DNA of 61,391 bases, the filler included, from Sphacelaria rigidula (lineage: Eukaryota), in assembly GCA_964200075.2 (NCBI GenBank). It is 10 parts of 10 records of this genome, joined end to end, with 100 filler letters (N's around TTAATTAATTAA, not from the genome) between each part and the next. Parts side by side here need not be neighbours in the genome. Positions count along the whole stretch, not along the records: positions 49,196 to 55,243 come from CAXNAA020022586.1; positions 55,344 to 61,391 come from CAXNAA020022587.1; 8 more parts are not named here. The stretch is one strand, 5' to 3'. The number at the start of each line of letters is the position of its first letter. Positions within the stretch are counted from its first letter, which is position 1. The notes beneath the pieces were generated by a model. The model was not told the DNA's origin. It did not search any database and saw nothing but the letters and a program-made list of their open reading frames with translations. Shown one piece after another: positions 51,700 through 61,391 of this stretch. The position numbers and the translations under genes were made by a program.

Positions 51700-54330
51700 A
51701 CGGACGCGGGGAGGGGATTCAAGCTGAGGTAGCTGCAGAAAGACGGCTGGTCTGTGATTGACCCAGCCTGGAGACTCGCTGAAGCTACGCGCAGATGGAG
51801 GTTGGGGGCTCCTACGACTGTGTAGTGCGGTGACGCAGGAAGGGTGAAGTGTGCAATTCGCGACGGTCCGCTGGCCTGCGAAAGGTTCGCAGGTAGCCGG
51901 CTGCTGCTATGGCGACCAGCTCGCGTGCTGCATCGAGCGTGACGCCCGTGGTTATGCGGGAAGAGTTGCGACCTCCCCATCACGGGGAAAGGTACTCCGA
52001 GAGTCCACCTCGCATTTTCTAAACCAAGTACTTACAGTGCAAGAAGAGTTCGGAGCACGCTAACGCAGGGGGTGCTGTGCGGCATGAGGTGGTGTCGATG
52101 GCTCAACAAGTGCCAACGCATGTGCAGAGAGTTTTTGTTTGTGTGGAACATGATGGGGGTACAATCACCCCGCCGCAATTGCTTGCGGCGATAAAAAAAC
52201 ATGCTAGGCATGCGGCGGGCGCCGAGGTGGAGCTGACCCAAGCGTCCGCGGGCGTGGCAAAAGCTGCCACCATGGATTCTCGGGGAAAGACAGTGCTAGA
52301 GCGGATGGAGCCAATCTTGTCAATCCGGGGGAGTACTTCACGGAACCTCCGAACGTTGAACTGATATATCGTTTCCCCGATGGTGAATTTATTCGTGGCC
52401 CTGCTGCAGCAATCACCAAGGCTTTGGTGAAGGGGTTAGCGCCGGCCAAAATGCAAGCAGGCCGTACTCGTCAAGTAGAAGCACGAGACCAACTGGAAGG
52501 TCAACCTCTATCTGGTAATGCACACCGTCGTAGCCGAGGCCAAGGAGTGGCGGAAGATGGAGGTGTTCAGCCAGTGGTCCACCTCCTCGCCGAAGTCTTT
52601 GCGCCACGAGGGCTCGAAATCGGCCTGCCGCGCCGCGAACATCACCTGCCACCGCTCTGGCCAAGTCGACCAATACGCGCGCGATTGCCCAACGTCTTTC
52701 GGTGGGGAGTCTGGGCAGTCTCATGCCGCGCGCCATCAGCATCGTCAGCACAAGGGCAAAAGACGAAGTGATCGGGGTGGTGGCGGCGATGGATCCTCCG
52801 GCAGTGGAGGATCGCAGTTGAGTTCTCAGCAGCAGCAGCAGCAGCAGCAGCAGGGGCAGCAGCAGCAGGGGCAGCGGCGTCAGTATGGGTCTGATTCTGG
52901 GCCCGGCGCCGCCGTAGGTGCTGCTGCTCCGCAACGGGCGGTGCAGGTGGGACCGACTTCTACAGTGTCGAACACTGCGCCGGAGCCGATGGTGACGCCG
53001 GTGGTGGCGCCGGTGGCGACGCCGGCAACAGCGCCAGGCGCGACGCCTGCTGATGCGCTGGTCGGAGTTTCGCCAAATTCATGGTCTTCTGGCTGGGGGT
53101 CGTACCCGCCGGCGGTGACGCTTGAACCTGTCGGGGCGTCTTCACCTGCGCAGCTTGCGCAGCCGCGGCATCAAGTGGGATTAGCGGCGCATCGGTCGGC
53201 GGATGAAGTACCAGTGGAGTTTGCGGACAAGTACGTTGCTGCGGAACTGTGTCTTCCAAATCAACGGGAGCGTGAAGCCATTGCGGTTCGGACTGTGTTC
53301 GATTCTTGCGCCCACTTCACGAGTTCGCTCGAGGCGCGGCAGGCCGTCACCGCGTCGGGTTAGCATGTTTCCGTCACGGAGCGTACTGTTCCGCTGCAGC
53401 TGGTTTTCACGACTGCCTGGGGGCCGAGACCGTTGCCTCCGATCTCGTTTGCGACCATGCCGGGGTCGGATGGCGTCATTCTTCTGGGGTTTTTGACGCT
53501 TCAGGATCTTGGAGTCGACCCGTATGCGCCGTTGTGGGAATCCATGAAGACGCGGATGTCTCCGCCTGGTCCACGCGTGGAGACGCCCGCCTTTTTGGGC
53601 AGTCATCGCATGAGCTTGTAGGTGGATGTTTTTCAGGATGCTGAGGGGCATGTAACCGAGGAGCGGATGAGGCGGCGGAACGCTTGGTGGAGCGCGGCCC
53701 GGAGATGTTGATGGATCCGGCGGAAGAGGAGTCCGCTCCGAAGGTCGCGCTGGAGGAGAGCGAAACGGATGCTGAAGCGAAAGGCCTCAGCGTCTCAAAA
53801 ACGGACGGAGCGCCTGCGAGGCATCTTGCATCGCCGCGTCAACGCGTTTCGTCGTGCGCTGCGGGGTGATCCCCCTGCCCGAGTGGAGCCCACGCGTGTT
53901 CAGCTAAACCCTGGGGCGTCCGCGGTGAAGACGAAGCCGCGGCGGTACAATCCGGTGAAGTCGAGTTGGTTGGCGCCGTGCATGGCGGCTCTTTTGGCGC
54001 TTGGGTTGGTGTTTCGGAACTTGCAGGCGGTGTGGTCCAGTCCGGCGACGGCGGTTCCGAAAAAGAGCTCGTTCCGCCTGGTAAGCGATTACAAGGTCGT
54101 GAATGAACAGGTTGAGAAGTCGCCGGGTGTGATGCCCAACCAAGAGTCGGACATGCGTGATCTGTTGAGTGCTCAGTTTTTGGCAAGTTGGACCTCGTCG
54201 AAGATTACTGGCAGATGCCGTTGGCGGAGGAGGCGCAGGAGATTTTCACTATCACGACTCCATTTGACTCGTTTACCCCGAAGCGAGTGCCGCACGGCGT
54301 GCTGTATGCCACGGCATATTTTCCAGGGCT
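51700..54330 (+). mobile_element. Decayed Ty3/gypsy gag-protease-RT 5' part
   Basis: Degenerate zinc knuckle CHRSGQVDQYARDCP, poly-Q tract, protease VFDSCA and VILLG, RT WSSP..VPKK..FRLVSDYKVVN and DYWQMPLAEEAQEIFTITTP; start approximate. Confidence 0.88.
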
Positions 54331-54780
54331 CTTTACGTTACGCGTTACACGTTACGTCACAAATGTGACGTATTAAATATTACCAGGTATACGCCACGTC
54401 ATGTCACACTTTGTGACGTATGAAATATTATACGTTACGTCACGTCACACTTTTGTACCGGTACCTTACGTTACGTTACACTTGTGACGTATTAACAAGT
54501 TGTACGTAACGTCATGTCACAGTAGCTTATTTTGAAACATTTCCTGTAACGTCTAACGAATAATATACGTTACGCTTGTGACGTGCAGCGTATTTTGAAA
54601 CAGTTATTGTGCTGTGTAACGAATAATAGGCGTTACGTTTGTGACGTGTAACGTATTTTGGAACGTTTTTGTGATGTGTAACGAATCATAGACGTTAAAT
54701 TTGTTATGTGTAACGTAAAATGAAACGCTACACTTGGACCGTGTTGAGGGCAAATGAACGCTACGTACGACGTTGTAAGG
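54331..54780. repeat. Low-complexity GTTAC/GTCAC/GTGAC array truncating the gypsy RT
   Basis: Repeated tacgttac, gtcacgtcac, tgtgacgt in both orientations. Confidence 0.7.
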
Positions 54781-56219
54781 TTTCATGTGCCGCAACTTGG
54801 TACGGAAGGTTCACGATGACTGCCTTGTTCGAGCATGAGGCGCGTTCTGCTCGCTATTTTGACATGCCTAGTGAGATACCCAGATGCACACAGGCCATAA
54901 TGTACACATAAAAACGCAAGTATGTACAGATCATACGTTGGTGATACCTGGTAATCGGTTGGCATTTCGTAGGACACACTACAAATAGCAATCCGACTAT
55001 GTATCATTAAAAATAGTTGCTCTCTCAGCAGGGCGTGTATTCAGAAGATCTACTTTCTATATATATATATAATACACATAAACCGATGATCCGGTACGAA
55101 TTCAGCCGCGTTCGCGGAGCAGACATCATCAGGGTAGAAACACACGATGACTCCTGGTGCCAAGAAGAGAGACAAACATTTACACACGATCGTTCGAATA
55201 GAGAAGGACGGCAAAAAAACAGAAAAACAAAACAACTCCAACANNNNNNNNNNNNNNNNNNNNNNNNNNNNNNNNNNNNNNNNNNNNTTAATTAATTAAN
55301 NNNNNNNNNNNNNNNNNNNNNNNNNNNNNNNNNNNNNNNNNNNAATGGTCAAACGACTGAGGCAAGCAAAAAAAAAAGCCCCCCCTGATGGGTACATAAT
55401 CATGAGCACCCCCCCCCCCCCCCGGAACCCTCACCCCTTCAGGAAAACACCGCGCCGTAGATCACTCGTGTAGATGTTTAGTGAAGACAGTGCCATCATT
55501 CGTTCACCGTCTGAGACTGCAGAACCAGAATCGCCAGGCAATCTGCAAGTTTTTTAGGATTCGGCTCATCTACTACACCTGGATGTCATGCTCACCTTTG
55601 TCTAAATGGTCCAAATCCTCGTGATGTGTGCAGAGATTCGTCGGAGCACTCGACTCGACCCGACTCTCGACATGATCAAGTCGTTGATTGAATCCACTCG
55701 CCAATGTGCGCAGTATCGTATCACGTGTGTATAGCATCTTTCAGATCAAAACTGCGGATAAATATTTGTTCCGTTGGGTGAGCAAACGTATGCCACAGGC
55801 GCTCGTCGTACCACTTGTTGTTATATCTTCTATTGTGGTAATCTTGTCTCTGATTTGATTTGTTTCATATTCGACCTCACACGGAGGAAGAACACAGCAC
55901 GCGCATGCAAAATATTTGCGGAATCATGCTTTCTTGCGAAGGAATTGGGATACTTCCTGACGGTGGAGAAAACGAGCACTATATTAAACTTGGAGGCTAT
56001 CGTACCACGTGCTTCCCCAGAAGTATAGCTCCAGATTGTCGCGGAATCGAAGTGATCTTCGTGAATCATGCCGCGGGCTTTTGATGCCGTTGCAGTAAAT
56101 ATCGAAATGATACGTGGACATGAATTTGAGCTGAGCTTCTCGTAGTTGTACAGCTTCCAACGGTCTAAAAGTCCAATCCCGTTCACGGAGTGCTTCGCAT
56201 TGTGTGAAATGATCGGCAG

Positions 56220-59200
56220 TCGTGGTGGATTGACCTCATGACATCATGGTTCAAGATACCGCCGCCTGAAGGATCACCGCGAGGTTCGGTGCAGAAACGC
56301 CGGAAGCTGTTGCCCGGGCACACGACAACCGCCGAGGAAGACCGGGCTATTATCGAGGAGGTGAGGGGTGTATTTTCGCCCATGTAGTCTTGCTTCCAGA
56401 CCTTGTTTATGTTGAAGAGAGACAGACTGACCATGCTGCGGAATACGCGGGAATGAAACATATTCTATGTTTGGCGCACGTATCTCGCCAGCCGTCAACT
56501 TGTCGCGGTAACTTTTGCCGTAAGTGAACACGTACATGCATGTTCATACGGCAGTGATACTTGAGCAGTAACGTTGAACATTTCGTATCTTGACTGGTGT
56601 AGTGATTCGTTAGCACCAGCAAAAGGTAACGTGCCAGAGTGAAGTGGTGGAAGACACGTGCTGTACAAAGATGGCTCGGAAAAAAGTTGATGGATGGAGG
56701 CGGGAGATAGTGCAATACTGTGGGGATAGGTTGCGATGTCACCGCACTGAAACCACATTATTTTGGTATGAACGTTCAACGATCGATAGAGAGCATATCT
56801 GTTATTCATTTTTCCGGGGTAAGTAAGGGCATGGTGCATTTCGCGTGTGGTGTGTCAAATCGCCGGCACATGATATGCGTGGTCGAGATGGCGAGAGGCC
56901 GACAAGTGTGCTTCGTCGAATCCCCAAGAGCATACCTACGTTGTGTTTTCCGCCCCCGACACTGTTTCTTCTTCTTTTTCCATCTTTGTCATTGGAACCC
57001 ACCCCCTTCCTCCGGGCAGTAATCCTGAAGAAATGTTCGTATACAATGGTTGACAGGGATGACTACGAGCTGGGCCAGCTTAAAAACGCCTAAAAGTTGC
57101 TCACACCACAGCTTTCCCAGTTTCCCGAATGAACCCGATGAATGCATATCACTGTGAACTGCAGACTGCAGACCCACCCGATGACAAAGAACTGCGTCGC
57201 TGTTCGATTGGCGTCGTATTGCCGATGGCGTTATTGTACTGCATAGAGTACAGGGTGCACATATCGTTGGGCGATAGCGTGTCGGAGTGCTTTTTTTCCC
57301 AATGCGATGGGTTCACGTCAGCAATCACCCCGCACTGGGTGTTGGTGCAGTGCAGCAACGCCACGCGAAACGTTGCACGCATGGCCCAATTCGGCAAACT
57401 CTTGAGCTGAAATTTCACGAAAACCTTCTGCACCCAAGGAAATGATATGTCCCGTGAGCAGCTGCAGATTCTCATGTTTCTGCTGGACTTATGGCATCAT
57501 CTTGTTTTTGCTGAAATTTCAAATCCCCATAACTTCCTGTTTTTTTTTCTTCTTTGCTGCTCACGTGATCTTTTGTGTGTCGATTATAAAATGCTGCTGT
57601 CAAAATTCCCAGGGAGGGATACGTGACACGTAATGTTTTAACGTGACACATTCGAAAATGCCCAACTTTGGGTCATTTAACGCTACGTAAGATTTGATTT
57701 TTTGGATGGGACATATGTAACTTGACGTGATGTAACGTGTGGTCCTTCGCATGAACCCCAACATTGCGTTTTACTTCCCAAATGCGACGAACACTCGGCT
57801 TGTTTTCGTGAATATGTCACGTGTCACGTTAAAAATTCAAAGAAGCAGATTTTTTCTACATGTACAAAACACCAAGAGACACTGCTTCAAGTTCCACATG
57901 TTACATCACGTTACGTTGCATCTGTCCCGCACAAAAAATTAAACCCCACGTAGCGTTAAATTGCCCAAAGTTACGTTTTTCCCGGTTTTTTCAAATGTGT
58001 CCCGTGTGTCACGTATCCCTCCCTGAAAATTTCAGCGTCCCACTCCTAATATCGCGCCGTGCGTCGCCTGAGCGAGAAAACCACCCATTGCTGGCTGGCC
58101 CAGCTGGTACTTGATTTTAGACCTGAACAAATTCTGACAAAACTATATGGTTTGGGGCAGGTGAGCAGTGGACCCAGCTCGTCCACAACGTGTTTTTGCC
58201 GAAATTGGCGCCTGCGGCGACGATTTGAGGTCTGCCAACGCACACTTTGCCTAGAGGAATTCATGCACCCTCTTTGACCGAGGGTCTAGTACGCCTCGGG
58301 TCGGGGTTGCGGTAGGGGTTAGGGTTAGGGTTAGTCTGTAAGATTCCATTATGTTTCTCATCAACCATTGTGCACGAACATTGTTTTAGGCCCCCCCCCT
58401 CCGGGACGAGTCCGGCGTCCCCAGGAATCCGCTCATCTCTCTTCCGGTACAACATTTTACTGGCAAGATCGCGCATATGATAGCACCGAACGTACGTGAC
58501 GCTGCCAGGTTTCACTCACTGTTTGACCCGCATCCATCTACGGTGGACCCCCCCGTGGACCCCCCACAGTAGCTTTTCGGCCCAACCAAACCCCAAGGTC
58601 AGCCGATCGGGTCTGTCGGCACCGCGCCGATTCTCGTAGGGTTTGTTTTTTGCCACACACGTCCTCAAGCTTTCAAGGACGGAAACCAGATGAAGCTACT
58701 TGTGAAAGTTAAAAGTCGTGTGTTGAGGATTCAATACCGTCGAACCAATTAGATCACGGAGGCGCGGCGGTATCGACCAGGACATCGCGAGACGTAACGC
58801 CGCCGCCGCAACATGGCGGCGTGATGAGCCTTCGTACACCGGATGCTCCCTTGGCCAGTTTTTTATCGGGCAAAACGGTTGCTGGTTCTCCTGCGTCTCG
58901 TTCCCGTTACTGGACAAAAAAAGGAGTACGGCAAATAGATCAGATCGGGAGGCAGTGAAACAAACTAAGGTTCAAGTCACTGAGTGGGGGTTGGTGGGAG
59001 TCCCAGCTTGGCTATCCTTTGATGCATATGATTGTTGCATATGTGATACTGAAATGGGGTAAACTGATATTCCCGCCCCTTATCCCCCCACCCCCCACCC
59101 CCCACCCCCCACCACACCCCGCCGTACACCGTTTGATGAAAAAATGCACATACACACGCCGCCAGCTACGACTCTCCAACTCCGCGTTGCGTGCCGAAGT

Positions 59201-59690
59201 AAGTGCTCTCAAAATAGAAATGGCGAAGCGGGGTATTTGCATGGACTTTTTGGATGAAGCTGATGCCAAATCCAAGAACACTACACCGGCGAAGGAGCCG
59301 CCGCCGCTGCCGTCGCCTCCGCCGAGCACGACGACCAATCACAACGTACAAAAGCGCGGCCCGCCGAAATCTCGGGTGGCTCTCTTGCTTGGGTTGCTAG
59401 CAGCCGCAGTGGTGGCCGGTGGTGTTTTTGTCCCTCTTGCCATCCGCGAGGGGGCCTCGAACATGTTGCGTTGGCTTGGTGAGAACGGGGAAGGCGGGAG
59501 GATACGAATGTCGTCTCCTGTGCCCGGAAGGAGGCGGCGTGTTCGGCCCGCCATGGGTAGAGCTGGTGGGGCGATGATGTATTTTGTTGGGCAACCCCGC
59601 CGTCAATGGGCATATGGTGCTGAGGTCGGGTTTGTACCGGTTGCTCCTGGCGGTCGTGATGGCGACCGCGATGTATTCTCCGACGAGTAG
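56220..59690 (+). CDS. 3' part of a spliced gene: coiled-coil, Pro-rich, single TM helix protein of unknown function
   Basis: Terminal exon 59166-59690 (LRLSNSALRAEVSALKIEMAK..VALLLGLLAAAVVAGGVFVPLAI..stop); candidate phase-0 upstream exons 56220-56360 and 58104-58160 with CAG/GTGAG borders. Confidence 0.55.
57610..58025. mobile_element. hAT-like MITE
   Basis: TIR CAGGGAGGGATACGTGACAC at both ends; 8-bp flanks AAAATTCC / AAAATTTC. Confidence 0.85.
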
Positions 59691-60681
59691 TCACGTTCCG
59701 TTGGTGGAGAAAGGCAGGAATATGGATCTTTGTTGTGTTTTTTGCCCATGTGACGAGATGTACTACCTCCCGCTATTGTACAGGTAATTGGAGGTGTAGA
59801 GTTGTCTCCGTTTCGTTGCGGTATGAAACTGCGTGTCGGGGTGAAGCGACTGCGGCGAAACATGATGGAGGTTTGATATGAGAGTTGAGCTGCACTTGAA
59901 GGAGTATCCGGTTTGTAATTTGGTTAGTGTTCGTGTGTGCGTTTGGTGTGGTGCGGTGTGTTGTGTTGTGCAGATTTGTGTATGTAGCCAGTCGAACGTG
60001 TGTAGTACTGAGTCTCTTATAATTGGTGACTGTGTTTGGTCTGTCGAAACCATGAACTCGCCCCAAAGGGAGGGAGGGGGTGGGGGGCTTGAAGTATGAC
60101 AACTTCCCAAACAAGTATGCGATGGAAGTTGCTCGCGGGATTTGGCAATAGGCCTCGTAAACCACACGGTGACGGGACGTTGAGATGAGGCCACTGGAAA
60201 CTTGAAACGTGGTGGTAGCACTCGTGTTGTGGATACATATGGAAAATTTATGCACTTTTTCATCTCGTCTTCCCTACTTTTTACCGTGTTGGTGCCGTGA
60301 GTTTGACACGGCGTTGCATTTTTGTTCATTGTTGTACGCTGTGAAGTGCGGTGTTCGGTCGCGAAACGATGAGGTGGTGATGTGTGTGCGAACGCAAAAT
60401 GGGTCGTCCAGAGATGTACACTATTGTAGTACTCGCAGTGTCGTGGTATATCGGTGGAGGCACCATGATCGTGAGCTTTTTCCATGTCACTTTGATTGGA
60501 GAGGCTGCATCGTTTCACCTCGTATGTCCATATATCCATATTTCAGTACCATGGTTCCATGACTCGCCTCCGAAGAATGCAAGCGGTATCATTTTAATCA
60601 TGTGTTTTATTTGATATGGAAGCAAGCTTTGCTGCTCCTGACCACGGGCTAGATTGTTGCAATCGGCTAATGTGAGACAGT

Positions 60682-60711
60682 CAATCATCAATCAATCAAT
60701 CAATCAATCAA
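60682..60711. repeat. (CAAT)n microsatellite
   Basis: caatcatcaatcaatcaatcaatcaatcaa. Confidence 0.85.
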
Positions 60712-61391
60712 TGGGTGCCACAACGGCTGGTGGGACATGATCCTCGAGTTTGAATGGTCGATCGGGGCTGTGGACCTCAACACAAAGATGCGGACACCTT
60801 GATTTGTTCCAGTTGGTGGTAAATACAAGTGAAGCACTACAAGAGTTGCGTTTCTACTCTGAAGGGAAATCCTGATGAACCGATTGGCTGATGAAAAAAC
60901 GCCGTGGAGGACGCGCGCGTGCGTGTGTGTCTTCACCTTCTTGGGGAAAATTTCGGGCTGTTGTTCCAATTTTCCAATTGGTTGTTGTCTCAGGCTATTC
61001 AAGATTCGGCTATAGATTTCTGTGACAGAAAACACTCTCGTTTTTTCGAAATCCTTTAAAAAAAACCAGCAGAACCTTTCGGAAAACTGCTCAAAAGATG
61101 ACCCCATTATCTTGACTACAGCGTGGTACACTCAAAACCAGACGACTCTGCAGTGGTGTATGAACTGCAGAGTACTACTCTCAACAGAAGACAACACAGA
61201 TGTTCCGCAGCATCACGAGAAATCACGTACCGTTGTACTCGCGTTCCGCACGAGAAGAAGCAGCAATATCAGCAGCATCTTTACTGCCAGAAGATTTACG
61301 CGGCTGGGGGTGGGTCTAAATCAGCCGGTGCCGATTCGTGTGTGCGTCAGCACTGTCCAGCACGGTGGCTATCACTCGTAAGATGCGTGGG

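Noticed and set aside
58316..58333. TTAGGG repeats as a telomere
   Set aside because: Only three units, internal to the contig

Overview
Repeat-rich eukaryotic genomic DNA. A brown alga/stramenopile is inferred from gene structure and repeat types; the sequence alone does not prove it. The window is not one locus. It holds ten ~6.05-kb contigs in decreasing size order (6050, 6049, 6048 bp), joined by artificial N/TTAATTAATTAA/N spacers, so nothing can be inferred across the spacers. Mobile content: decayed Ty1/copia and Ty3/gypsy LTR retrotransposons, an RTE-like LINE, and many non-autonomous DNA transposons with readable TIRs/TSDs (Sola-like GAG-ended, CAC-ended, P-like, PIF/Harbinger, hAT, piggyBac). 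Spliced host genes (partial): an ankyrin-repeat protein, a large Pro/Ala/Lys-rich repeat protein and a coiled-coil/TM protein. Main finding (contig 18451-24499): a GT-AG spliced gene encoding a bacterial-type ParB/Srx domain (LDGNHRISA) plus a ParB-like HTH, head-to-head with a decayed Sola/DUF7869-like transposase N-terminus, possibly a DNA transposon carrying a ParB-like gene. Also notable: a sticker-and-spacer disordered protein with alternating KKMPPLSVQLKP and PFGGLFGG motifs, and a gypsy integrase with a chromo-like plus Tudor-like tail. All domain calls are by eye; no searches were run.
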